A stretch of 56,529 bases of DNA, filler included, from Candidatus Woesearchaeota archaeon (GCA_047603125.1; 4 parts of 4 records of this genome joined end to end with filler, not necessarily neighbours in it); one strand, 5' to 3'. Shown: positions 39,354-48,709, counted from the first letter of the whole stretch. The notes: generated from the sequence alone by a model not told the origin. Numbers and translations are program-made.

Positions 39354-41123
39354 CTAGACAATTCTCTTAAACAACTTATCCAAATCAGTACGCGATAGTG
39401 AAATCATTGTTGGACGACCATGCGGACACGCGTATTTCATTTTACTACAAAGCATAAAGCGCATAATCTTTTTTGCCATCTCATCGCTAATGTCATCACC
39501 TGAACGCGCACTTGCCTTACAAGCTTTTGAGGCAATAAGACTTATTATTTTTTTCTCAAATACATCTTTTGATTTACTCATATCTTGAATAATATCAAGT
39601 AAAAACTCCTTTTGAATTGTCTTTCCTAAAATACTCGGGATGGTCTTTACTGCCAAACTTAACGGACCAAATTGATCAATTTCAATTCCCATTTGATCTA
39701 AAACTTCCTGATATTCAATTGCTGTTTGATAATTTACTTGTGACAGTTCAATGATAATTGGCTCTAATAGTTGTTGTTTTTGCACTGTTTTTTGTGTAAA
39801 TGCCTCCATGAATAATTCATAATGATACCGTTCATGTGCACCATGAAAATCAATGAGAACCATTTCGTCTTGTTTTTGGCAAACAATATATGTTTTTAGT
39901 ACAACTCCAATGTATAAATACGCATCAGCAATAGTAGTTTGTGAATTTGTAGAGTCTGCACCAATAAACGATGATGTTTTTTCTAACACACCCTGTGTAC
40001 TCGATGTTTGCGACGCTTGGCTTTCAATTTTCTGTCCACCGGTTGTTTTTGTAAACGAATTTTTCTCCAGTACCTCTGACCCCTTTTGCGAATACACATG
40101 TGCACGATCATAAAGTGTATCTTGAGATATTTTTGGAGTCAGTGTAGTTTGTAAAAATATTTTCTTAATATGACCTCGAATTGTCCCATATAATTGCGAC
40201 TCATTTTCAAATTTAACAACGTCTTTTTTTGGATGAACATTCACATCTATGATTTGAGGATCAACCTCAATATTGAGCAATGCATAAGGATATCGCTGTT
40301 TCATTAAAAGTGTCTCATAACCGTCAACTAACGCTTGAACAAGCGTATAGTTAGTCACAAGCCTTCCATTAACATGAATAACGATACCTGTCTTATCTGA
40401 TCGGGTTTGTTCAGGTTTAGAAACAACGCCTTCAATAACCAATCCATCTTGAGAGTAGGAGAGTGCCACCATGCTTTTTGCAATCTCACGAGAATAGGCA
40501 TACTGAAACTTTTCTTGAAAAGAACGGGCATTTGGAGAGGTAAACACAACATTGCCATTATGCGAAACGGTAAAATGTACTTGTGTTCGCGCAAGAGAAT
40601 AACTAGAAATAAGTTTTAAACAGCGTGCAAACTCAGTTGATTGCGTTTTTAAAAATTTCTTTCGTGCCGGAGTATTGTAGAATAAATCTGAAACAGTAAT
40701 CGTTGTTCCTGTTGTTGATGCAACTGTTTGTAATGAATCTTTGAAAACATCATAACAAATACCTGCATTCATAGACTGCGTTTTTGATACTATTTGAACT
40801 TTACTCACTGCACAAATACTTGCAAGTGCCTCTCCTCTAAATCCGAGCGTTTGAACACGATTCAAATCTTCAATTGAAGAAATTTTACTTGTTGCATGAC
40901 GCTCCACGCATAACTTTAGATCAGACTCGTCCATCCCAATACCATTATCTTGTATCTGTATTTTTTTCAAACCACCCTGCTCTAATTGTATAGAGATGTT
41001 GGTTGCATTTGCATCCAAACTATTTTCTAACAATTCCTTTAATATATTTGCTGGGCGTTCTATAACTTCGCCTGCCGCAATTTTTTCAATTGTTTCTTTT
41101 TCTAATTTATGTATTGTTGCCAT
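39354..41123 (-). CDS. mutL: DNA mismatch repair protein MutL
   Basis: IAAGEVIERP, ENSLDA, GFRGEAL, DVNVHP, DFHGAHER, CPHGRP. Confidence 0.96.
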   Translation of the reverse strand: MATIHKLEKETIEKIAAGEVIERPANILKELLENSLDANATNISIQLEQGGLKKIQIQDNGIGMDESDLKLCVERHATSKISSIEDLNRVQTLGFRGEALASICAVSKVQIVSKTQSMNAGICYDVFKDSLQTVASTTGTTITVSDLFYNTPARKKFLKTQSTEFARCLKLISSYSLARTQVHFTVSHNGNVVFTSPNARSFQEKFQYAYSREIAKSMVALSYSQDGLVIEGVVSKPEQTRSDKTGIVIHVNGRLVTNYTLVQALVDGYETLLMKQRYPYALLNIEVDPQIIDVNVHPKKDVVKFENESQLYGTIRGHIKKIFLQTTLTPKISQDTLYDRAHVYSQKGSEVLEKNSFTKTTGGQKIESQASQTSSTQGVLEKTSSFIGADSTNSQTTIADAYLYIGVVLKTYIVCQKQDEMVLIDFHGAHERYHYELFMEAFTQKTVQKQQLLEPIIIELSQVNYQTAIEYQEVLDQMGIEIDQFGPLSLAVKTIPSILGKTIQKEFLLDIIQDMSKSKDVFEKKIISLIASKACKASARSGDDISDEMAKKIMRFMLCSKMKYACPHGRPTMISLSRTDLDKLFKRIV

Positions 41124-43590
41124 GTATATCTAAAAGTGTTTGTTGTTTGAGTTTTGCAAACTTTTTTTCTAATTTTTCTACAATGATTTTATCATTCATC
41201 GCATCATCTGCTTCCAATTTTAATTGAACTTTTTTTGCATTTTCAACTACGCGAGCAGGAACTCCAGCAAGGGATGCCACATGCAAGCCATAACTTTTAT
41301 CTGTTCCCCCACGCTCAATTTTTCGCAAAAACGTAATGTGGTCATCTTTTTCTTCAACAGCGACATTATAATTTACCACACCTTGTAACGAGTCAAGTTT
41401 TGTTAAAACATGATAATGTGTTGAGAAGAGTGTTTTTGATTTTTGATTTGTTGCCAATTCTTGAGCAACCGCCCAGGCAATTGCAACACCATCATAGGTA
41501 CTTGTCCCCGAACCAATTTCATCAAGTATAATAAAACTTTTTTTTGTAGCATTTGATAAAATATATGCTGTTTGAGTCATCTCAACCATAAATGTCGATT
41601 GTCCTCTTGCTAAATTATCATGGGAACCTACACGAGTAAATAATTTATCTACAATACCAATTGTCGCTTTATTTGCAGGAACAAAACAACCCATTTGTGC
41701 CAGAATAATTGTGAGCGCGCATTGACGCATAAAAGTGGACTTTCCAGCCATATTCGGACCAGTTATAATCATCATGTGTTCTTGTTCATCCAAGCGTAAA
41801 TCATTGGGTATGAACTGGTGTTCTTGCAATTCAATTACAGGATGACGAGATTGCTCTAAATGTAGTGCATAATCGTTTGTAATAGAAGGTTTTGTATAAT
41901 TATTATCCAAACTCACTCTTGCAAATGAACTCAAACAATCAATTTGCGCAATTTGTTTTGAAATATCTTGTATAATAGTAATATTTTTTTGAATAAATGA
42001 GCAAAGATCTAAAAATAGTGTGTATTCTAAATCCCGTATTTTCTCTTCAGCACTTAATATTTTCACCTCAAGTTCTTTTAATTCATCCGTTATAAAACGC
42101 TCCGCATTCACCGTACTTTGTTTTCGCTGGTAATGTGAAGGAACTGAGTCTGAGAATCGCTTTGTTATTTCAATAAAATAACCAAAGACTTTGTTGTATT
42201 TTACTTTCAATGTTGAAATCTTTGTTTTTTCAATTTCACTTTTTTCTAAATTTAAAAGGTACTTTTGTGCATTTTCTTTAATGTCCCAATACGAATCTAA
42301 TTGGCTATGAAAACCTCGCTTAATAAAATTCCCCTCTCGAACACTCAATGGACACTCATCTTTAAGCGTTTTATCAATTTGCTCGATTATTTTATGATTG
42401 TCTGCAAAATCAATGAGTTTAGAAATATATTGACTGTGAATTTGATCATCTGAGAGTAATTGTTGTATTTGAGCAAGCAATGTTAAAGAGTCTTTGAGTG
42501 TCACCAAATCACGAGGGTTTGCATTCCCATACCCGATTTTGCTTGCAATCCGCTCAATGTCAGACATTTGAGATAATATATCCCTTGTATCTTCAAGAGT
42601 TATTGTTTGAAAAGAAAGTTGCTCGACTGCATTTTGACGCTCCAAAATCGTATGTGTTTGTGCAAGTGGTCGCACAATCCATTGACGCAGTAATCGCGCA
42701 CCCATATTTGTTTTTGTTTTGTCAATAACTGACAATAAGCTTCCTTGTTTATCTTGATCATAAGCTGTCTTTAACAGTTCAAGATTGCGAATTGTTGTCT
42801 CATCAAGTTGCATTGTTTGCAGCGGTGTATCGGATGCATAACGCAGGTAGGAAAGCTGAGTTTTTTGTGTTTGATTTAAGTACCATAACAACGCCCCTGC
42901 ACTACACACAGCTAAATCATATTGGTGTAATTGCAATTCAACAAGTGTTTGTGAAAATTGTGATTCCAAACGCTCCTTTGCACGCTCATATATAAATTGT
43001 TCAAGTCCGACAGTGTTACAAGCAATCTTTTGCGTTTGCGCATAGTTTTCGAAAAGCTGTTTTTGACTGCTACAAACTAATAATTCACTCGGTGAAATTC
43101 TTGCAAGCTCATCAAAAAAATCTTGACTTGACTTGCATTCCTTACTAGAAAATTCTCCTGTAGAAATATCACAATAGCTCAAACCAAATTGGCCATTATC
43201 CTCAAACACACACGCAATAAAATTATTTGTTTTATCATCTAAAAGCGCATTTTCAACCAATGTCCCCGCCGTGACAACCCGAGTCACTGCTCGCTTGACA
43301 ATTCCTTTTGCTTGCTTTGGGTCTTCTATTTGCTCACAAATAGCAACTTTTCTGCCAGTCGCAACTAAACCTTTTAGATATTTTTCTAAAGCATGATAGG
43401 GTATTCCTGCAAGTGGCGCCTTTGCTTGATCTTTGCCCCGGGACGTTAAGGCAATTCCCAGCGTTTTTGAGACAAAAATTGCATCATCGTAGAAACATTC
43501 GTAAAAATCACCCATACGAAATAAAATAAGTGCATCAGGATATTGCTCCTTTACTTCCATAAACTGTCTCATTGCTGGTGTCAGCTTCAT
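41107..43590 (-). CDS. mutS: DNA mismatch repair protein MutS (MutS1)
   Basis: FRMGDFYE, TGPNMAGKST, STFMVEM, DEIG, THYH, SYGL. Confidence 0.97.
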   Translation of the reverse strand: MKLTPAMRQFMEVKEQYPDALILFRMGDFYECFYDDAIFVSKTLGIALTSRGKDQAKAPLAGIPYHALEKYLKGLVATGRKVAICEQIEDPKQAKGIVKRAVTRVVTAGTLVENALLDDKTNNFIACVFEDNGQFGLSYCDISTGEFSSKECKSSQDFFDELARISPSELLVCSSQKQLFENYAQTQKIACNTVGLEQFIYERAKERLESQFSQTLVELQLHQYDLAVCSAGALLWYLNQTQKTQLSYLRYASDTPLQTMQLDETTIRNLELLKTAYDQDKQGSLLSVIDKTKTNMGARLLRQWIVRPLAQTHTILERQNAVEQLSFQTITLEDTRDILSQMSDIERIASKIGYGNANPRDLVTLKDSLTLLAQIQQLLSDDQIHSQYISKLIDFADNHKIIEQIDKTLKDECPLSVREGNFIKRGFHSQLDSYWDIKENAQKYLLNLEKSEIEKTKISTLKVKYNKVFGYFIEITKRFSDSVPSHYQRKQSTVNAERFITDELKELEVKILSAEEKIRDLEYTLFLDLCSFIQKNITIIQDISKQIAQIDCLSSFARVSLDNNYTKPSITNDYALHLEQSRHPVIELQEHQFIPNDLRLDEQEHMMIITGPNMAGKSTFMRQCALTIILAQMGCFVPANKATIGIVDKLFTRVGSHDNLARGQSTFMVEMTQTAYILSNATKKSFIILDEIGSGTSTYDGVAIAWAVAQELATNQKSKTLFSTHYHVLTKLDSLQGVVNYNVAVEEKDDHITFLRKIERGGTDKSYGLHVASLAGVPARVVENAKKVQLKLEADDAMNDKIIVEKLEKKFAKLKQQTLLDIHGNNT

Positions 43591-43710
43591 CTCATCCCCC
43601 TAGAAAAAGGTCAATTTTTGAGTATTTATATACTTTATGGGGATTTATAAATGAGAAATCAGCTAAAAAAGAGCGCAAAGTATTTAATCACCTACCTCTA
43701 TAAAAAGTGT

Positions 43711-44148
43711 ATGCGAGTCGCAATTATTCCTGAGCAAACACTTGATACCATACAAGAATTTATACAAAACCCACCAAAGAACATTTCTGATTACAGCATC
43801 GTTTATGAACCATTGGCAAAACAACATAGTGTTTTTTTTGACGAACCCTTTTTTACAAATATGCTAGACATTATAAAAAAAGGCGCATGTTTGCAAGAGT
43901 ATGTAGTTCTCTGTCAAGATCTCAAAAATGACTGGCTCAGACCATTTCTCAAAGAGCTTAATCAAGAAAGCAAGAAGCAATCTTCTCAACTAGAACTCTT
44001 TGCAGAACAACCACAAACAAAACATACACAACTATCTTCTCTTTCAAGAGAAATTATTGAAAATCTGCAAATTACAGTAACATATCACATACAAATCCTT
44101 GAAAAACTCATCACTATTTATCAACATGGCGCAAACACACGTTACTAA
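43711..44148 (+). CDS. Hypothetical protein
   Basis: ORF with TATTTAA motif upstream of ATG 43711. Confidence 0.6.
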   Translation: MRVAIIPEQTLDTIQEFIQNPPKNISDYSIVYEPLAKQHSVFFDEPFFTNMLDIIKKGACLQEYVVLCQDLKNDWLRPFLKELNQESKKQSSQLELFAEQPQTKHTQLSSLSREIIENLQITVTYHIQILEKLITIYQHGANTRY

Positions 44149-44497
44149 GCAAAAACCTGTACGATTTATCTTCTATGGCAATCTAAAGCACAAAAAACGC
44201 TTCTCTTCGTTTCTTCCACAAGGAACATTTCAAAAAGTCAAAGTCTATGGCTTACAGATGCATAAATTACGAACATGTCCGGCAGTCGTGAAAAAAAACA
44301 ACTATATTTATGCACAACTCTGGACATTTGTGCTTTCTCCTTGGCAAAAACGACTCTTGTTATTCATACTTGACCTTATAGAAGGTGTCTACATTACAAG
44401 ATTTACAAGACAAACAATGATGATTCAAAATCAAAAAGCCTACATCTACATATACAATTGGTCTGTTCAAAATAAACCAATTATTCATGAATGGTAG
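44126..44497 (+). CDS. Gamma-glutamylcyclotransferase (AIG2-like) family protein, divergent
   Basis: 'FIFYGNLK', 'CPAVV', 'LDLIEG', 'AYIYIYN' match the GGCT pattern. Confidence 0.65.
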   Translation: MAQTHVTKQKPVRFIFYGNLKHKKRFSSFLPQGTFQKVKVYGLQMHKLRTCPAVVKKNNYIYAQLWTFVLSPWQKRLLLFILDLIEGVYITRFTRQTMMIQNQKAYIYIYNWSVQNKPIIHEW

Positions 44498-44539
44498 ATT
44501 GAATATAAAAAAGAGCACGTGTCAAGAAACAAAAATAAC

Positions 44540-44666
44540 AAAAGTTCGCTGCTCGAAGCTAATTGAAAAACACAAGTTTTTCAAACCCAGAAAACTAGGA
44601 CGTTTTCTAGGTACCCCCGCCCCGAAGGGACGGGGTATTACGCTTCTCACCTAATCGCGAACTTTT
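44540..44666. repeat. Multibranched palindromic element containing an IS200/IS605-end-like hairpin
   Basis: AAAAGTTCGC/GCGAACTTTT outer stem; internal hairpins TGAAAAAC/GTTTTTCA, AGAAAAC/GTTTTCT and TACCCCCGCCCCGAAGGGACGGGGTA. Confidence 0.6.
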
Positions 44667-44668
44667 GA

Positions 44669-44721
44669 ATTGAGAGTTTGCGGACTGAAGTCCGGAGTTT
44701 TATACCCGCGAAACTCTCAAT
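44669..44721. repeat. REP-like palindrome
   Basis: ATTGAGAGTTT/AAACTCTCAAT arms enclosing CGGAC-TGAA-GTCCG. Confidence 0.55.
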
Positions 44722-44724
44722 AAA

Positions 44725-44864
44725 TGCTACTGCACCTTGGCGCGAAATCAGAAGAAGCACCAATTGTTTGAGAGCCTCTTTCAAACTTGAGGATGAAAAT
44801 CCGAAAATATGCAGGTGCTTCGGCGCAAAATTGACAACCATCCCAAAATCGCCGCGCAGTAGCA
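44725..44864. repeat. Structured repeat family A, copy 6 (GGCG subtype with internal module)
   Basis: TGCTACTGCAC-CTT-GGCG ... CAAAAT-CGCC-GCGCAGTAGCA; shares the ~52-bp module with copies 1 and 5. Confidence 0.85.
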
Positions 44865-44948
44865 ATAATGACAATATACTTTTTCAAATAATTCCGGACA
44901 CGATCGAAAAAAATCAGATTTATAAACTAACCATTTGTTCACAATTCT

Positions 44949-46007
44949 ATGTATCAACCACAATTCATTCATCACAAAGATATCAAACTATCAGAAAAAA
45001 CACGCAATCTTCTCAAACAGGCAAATGAAATATATCTGAAAAATTTTTCAAATACCATTTGGTATGGAAGATGTATTTTTTTTTCGTGGTTTTGTAAAAA
45101 AGCAACCTGTACATTTTGCTATCGAAGTACGCTCAAACATAAAATTGCTCATCAAAAGAATCACCATCGCTCCATCGGCTCCATGCTCAGCGAGGCTCTT
45201 CTTTGCAAGGAATTAGGCTGGCGAATTGAATTTCTCACAGGCGGCTATCAAGAAGATAATGTTTTTAACGATATTGTTTTGTATGCAAAACTTATAACAA
45301 AAGTATATGGTGAAAAAATTTGGGTAAATATTGGATGGATGACCAAAGAACAAGTCGAACAACTTCGCCCTTATATTAAAGGAATTTGCGCATCCATTGA
45401 AACACCAACACCACATTTACACAAACAAGTTTGCCCAGATAAACCAATTAAGCCATATGAGAATATGTTTGCAAACGCCTCAGACGTAAAAAAAAGTGCA
45501 GCTTTTATTGTTGGTCTTGGAGATACTGATGAAGATTTCCAATACTGGGTTGATTTTATCCAAAAACAAAAACTTGACAGAATCACTGTATACGCACTCA
45601 AACCAATTAAAGGGGGAGCATTCACACAAGGTCCAACAAGTGATCAGTATTTGCAATGGTTGGCAAAACTTCGCATTGCGTTTCCCAAATTAGAAATTAT
45701 TGGAGGAACAAATCTTCGCAGAAGTGAAGAAGTTGGGTATATGATTCGGGCGGGTGTGAATGCAATCACAAAATTTCCTGCAACAAAACAATTTGCAACA
45801 AAAAAAGCTCACAAAATAACTGACCTCATTACAGAGCAAGACAGAATATTTACGAGCAATCTCACAACGCTTCCCCCTATCAACTGGGATGAAAAAATAG
45901 ACCAACTCGATATTGAACCAGAATATAAAAAACAACTCAAAGAAACATTTCCCGTATACCTCAAACAATTACAGAACCCTCAAGATATCGACTCCTGTAT
46001 GGAATAA
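44949..46007 (+). CDS. Biotin-synthase-like radical SAM protein
   Basis: 'SWFCKKATCTFC' (Cx4Cx2C), 'LTGG', 'IVGLGDT', 'AGVNAITKFP'. Confidence 0.85.
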   Translation: MYQPQFIHHKDIKLSEKTRNLLKQANEIYLKNFSNTIWYGRCIFFSWFCKKATCTFCYRSTLKHKIAHQKNHHRSIGSMLSEALLCKELGWRIEFLTGGYQEDNVFNDIVLYAKLITKVYGEKIWVNIGWMTKEQVEQLRPYIKGICASIETPTPHLHKQVCPDKPIKPYENMFANASDVKKSAAFIVGLGDTDEDFQYWVDFIQKQKLDRITVYALKPIKGGAFTQGPTSDQYLQWLAKLRIAFPKLEIIGGTNLRRSEEVGYMIRAGVNAITKFPATKQFATKKAHKITDLITEQDRIFTSNLTTLPPINWDEKIDQLDIEPEYKKQLKETFPVYLKQLQNPQDIDSCME

Positions 46008-46429
46008 TGACTTTTATAATCCCATTCTTTGAAAATCATCCCGACTATGACGCACAAAAAAGTAGCGATATCTACACACTATATTCTCGCTATTTTCATC
46101 AAAGAATGAAAAGAACGACGCCATTTATGGATTCTCGTATTGCCGTTTTAAATAGTTCACAGAACCGAGACGATGTCTACTTTATTGCAAGCCCATCTTT
46201 TTTTCAAAAATTTAAACGTCCCGCTCTCAAAGTTGGATCAATACATTATGTCTCTCAAAATACGTATTTTCAATTAGACGTACAAGCAAACCCTGCCACG
46301 CCAAGGGCTGTGCATGAAGATACAACCTATGTTTTTTACGAAAGACTTTTATTACCCACTTACACACTTTTGGAGAGAAACCAAAAAAACGATGATAAAA
46401 AACAACATTCTTCAACTACCCGAATTTGA
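46007..46429 (+). CDS. Hypothetical protein
   Basis: ATG overlaps the upstream stop (TAATG). Confidence 0.55.
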   Translation: MTFIIPFFENHPDYDAQKSSDIYTLYSRYFHQRMKRTTPFMDSRIAVLNSSQNRDDVYFIASPSFFQKFKRPALKVGSIHYVSQNTYFQLDVQANPATPRAVHEDTTYVFYERLLLPTYTLLERNQKNDDKKQHSSTTRI

Positions 46430-46982
46430 AAAAGATACCTATTATGTACTTTTTCTTGAATCTGAAACATCACTTCCCGTTCGATTCATCACACATACGT
46501 GGATTGTCACCGTTTACAATGGACAAACTGATAGATGGGATATTTTACATAAAAAAAATCTCTCAAAAGATAGCTGGCAACATCTTCACAAAAACTTCAT
46601 ACCCGCATTTCAAGGACTACCAAAGTATTATTTTGGCAATAAAAAACATTGGCCTGCAAAAATCATCGGCATTGTGAAAGGGAAAAAAAATTCAAAAGCG
46701 CACAAACTCTGCTTACAAATACAAGATGCACAAAAATCATACCCATTTATTGATAAATACAAATTTGTACCAGGACCGAATTGCAACTCGTTTACACAAT
46801 GGTTTTTAGATAAAAATAATATCAAATCGTTTCGTATTTCTAAAACATCTCTTGGAAGAGAATTCTGGGAGCTTCAACGGTTTAAAGAAAACGCACACAA
46901 AAAAATTCTCAATTATTGGATTAAAGAACAAAAAGAGACTACTTCACAGAAAAACAAGAGTGTTTTTGGAAAACAAAAATAG
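46392..46982 (+). CDS. DUF3750-like protein (His/Asn-Cys motifs; permuted papain-like by inference)
   Basis: 'THTWIV....RWD' and 'YKFVPGPNCNSFTQW'. Confidence 0.7.
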   Translation: MIKNNILQLPEFEKDTYYVLFLESETSLPVRFITHTWIVTVYNGQTDRWDILHKKNLSKDSWQHLHKNFIPAFQGLPKYYFGNKKHWPAKIIGIVKGKKNSKAHKLCLQIQDAQKSYPFIDKYKFVPGPNCNSFTQWFLDKNNIKSFRISKTSLGREFWELQRFKENAHKKILNYWIKEQKETTSQKNKSVFGKQK

Positions 46983-46983
46983 C

Positions 46984-47111
46984 TGCTATTGCACCTTGGC
47001 GCCAATAATAACGTATCACCAAATTTTTTATTTGTACCAGAAATTGAGTTGATTCTTGCAGACTCAATTTTGCAAAAAAGACAACCGTCCCAAAATCGCC
47101 GTGCAATAGCA
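46984..47111. repeat. Structured repeat family A, copy 7
   Basis: TGCTATTGCAC-CTT-GGCG ... GACAACCGTC-CCAAAAT-CGCC-GTGCAATAGCA; arms nearly identical to copy 6. Confidence 0.85.
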
Positions 47112-47165
47112 ATAATACTCGTATACATTTTCATCTAATTTCAAAGATGTCCAAAAACAAGTAAC

Positions 47166-47174
47166 TTTTATAAA
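47166..47174 (+). promoter_or_regulatory. TATA box of the tRNA-Leu gene
   Basis: TTTTATAAA about 23 bp upstream of the tRNA 5' end. Confidence 0.6.
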
Positions 47175-47196
47175 GTAGCCAGTTTCGCACAATCCT

Positions 47197-47280
47197 GCGG
47201 AGGTGCCGGAGCGGTCAAACGGGCTACCTTGAGGGGGTAGTAGGCTAAGCCTTACGCGGGTTCGAACCCCGTCCTTCGCA
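47197..47280 (+). tRNA. tRNA-Leu(GAG), no intron, CCA not encoded
   Basis: Acceptor GCGGAGG/CCTTCGC + A; anticodon arm CTACC-TTGAGGG-GGTAG; long variable arm AGGC-TAA-GCCT; T arm GGTTCGAACC. Confidence 0.97.
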
Positions 47281-47307
47281 TTTTTTCTTATAACCAATCC
47301 TTTTGAT

Positions 47308-47328
47308 CAACCTTTTAGGAAAAGGTTG
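47308..47328. terminator. Perfect hairpin downstream of the tRNA (terminator-like or small palindromic repeat)
   Basis: CAACCTTTT-AGG-AAAAGGTTG. Confidence 0.35.
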
Positions 47329-47440
47329 CGTGTTGTTTCAAACCCCGCCCTTCGTATTCTTATTTTCATGCAAACATATACTGTATCTCTTTGAAAGTAA
47401 TCACTAAAAGTATTTAAATACAGATTGAGAAAAATCACTT

Positions 47441-48709
47441 ATGGATGTTGTTATCGTATTTAGTGTCATTGGCGCAATTTTAGTTCTTGGTTTTCTTGCA
47501 GAAATACTCTTTCGAAAAACAGGTATCCCTGATGTAACACTCCTCATGTTTATCGGTATTGCACTCAATTTATTTTTCTTTCCAGAGGGATTTGAATTGC
47601 ACGGTATTGCAGAAGTGTTTACCACCTTTGCGCTGATTTACATTTTATTTCAAGGATCACTCAATATTCATTTTCAAACAATTATAAAATCCATGAGTAA
47701 AACACTCATGCTCACCTTTTCAAGCTTTATTCTCACTATTGTTGGAACAACAATTGTTATGTACTATCTTGGCTTTGACATAATTCTTGGAATTCTTTTA
47801 GGAGCAATTATCGGCGGAGCATCTTCAACTGTTGTCATCCCTTTACTAAAATATGTAAATGTTGATGAGAAAACAAAATCCTATCTGACACTCGAATCAG
47901 CAATTAATGATGTTTTATGCGTCGTTGTTTCACTTGCCATATTACAATTAATTGTTACTGGAGAACTTGTCGCAACCGGAATTTTTCAAACACTTCTCTT
48001 ATCACTCTCAGTAGGAATCTTTCTTGGAAGTATCGCAGCACTCCTGTGGATTCTTCTCATGTATCGCTTCAAATCACTTTCACAAGCGTACATGCTTACC
48101 ATTGGAATTATCATACTCTTATATGCTTTTGTTGAAAGTGATCTTGTCGGTGCCAATGGCGCAATTGCCTGTCTTGCATTTGGGCTCGTTTTAGGAAACT
48201 CTCGACTTCTCTTAGCACATGTACACGCAAGAACCGTTCGAAACCTTCTCACACCAAGCGCACTAACATTTTTCTCTGAAATTTCATTTTTCTTAAAAGT
48301 AACATTTTTTGTGTACTTAGGACTCATCATTGATTTTTCAAACTGGCAAACGATTGTTTTAGGCCTACTTCTCACCATCGCGATTTTTATTACGCGACCT
48401 GCTCTTATTCGAATTATCTTTGGAAAAGATATAAAAGACTTCGACCGAACACTACTCGAAGTCGTGATTCCAAAAGGACTTGCAGCAGCCGTACTTGCAC
48501 AATTTGCAGGTGCAACGCTTATCACTCATCCAACATACCAATATATCGCTCTCGAATTAGCAAATATTGCTTTTGCAGTTGTCTTTTTTAGCATGGTTTT
48601 CACATCCCTTCTGGTATTCTTAGCGAAAAACGAAAAGTTCCACGGATTATATCATAAGGAAGCAAAAGAGCAAGAAAAACCAAAGGCGCATACAAATCAT
48701 ACAAATTGA
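47441..48709 (+). CDS. Cation:proton antiporter (CPA1/NhaP-like)
   Basis: About 12 TM helices; 'IPDV..LM..G', 'ESAIND', 'PKGLAAAVLA'. Confidence 0.92.
   Translation: MDVVIVFSVIGAILVLGFLAEILFRKTGIPDVTLLMFIGIALNLFFFPEGFELHGIAEVFTTFALIYILFQGSLNIHFQTIIKSMSKTLMLTFSSFILTIVGTTIVMYYLGFDIILGILLGAIIGGASSTVVIPLLKYVNVDEKTKSYLTLESAINDVLCVVVSLAILQLIVTGELVATGIFQTLLLSLSVGIFLGSIAALLWILLMYRFKSLSQAYMLTIGIIILLYAFVESDLVGANGAIACLAFGLVLGNSRLLLAHVHARTVRNLLTPSALTFFSEISFFLKVTFFVYLGLIIDFSNWQTIVLGLLLTIAIFITRPALIRIIFGKDIKDFDRTLLEVVIPKGLAAAVLAQFAGATLITHPTYQYIALELANIAFAVVFFSMVFTSLLVFLAKNEKFHGLYHKEAKEQEKPKAHTNHTN

Noticed and set aside
44647..45028. Short ORFs 44647-44874, 44678-45028 and 44781-44975
   Set aside because: Translations of palindromic repeat DNA; their similarity to the false pheS extension comes from the shared repeat.
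13533..47111. CRISPR array or classical attC array from the repeats
   Set aside because: Copies are kilobases apart with no repeat-spacer periodicity, no cas or integrase gene, and no RYYYAAC/GTTRRRY ends.
47986..48525. 179-aa ORF on the minus strand
   Set aside because: Entirely antisense to the antiporter gene; no motif.
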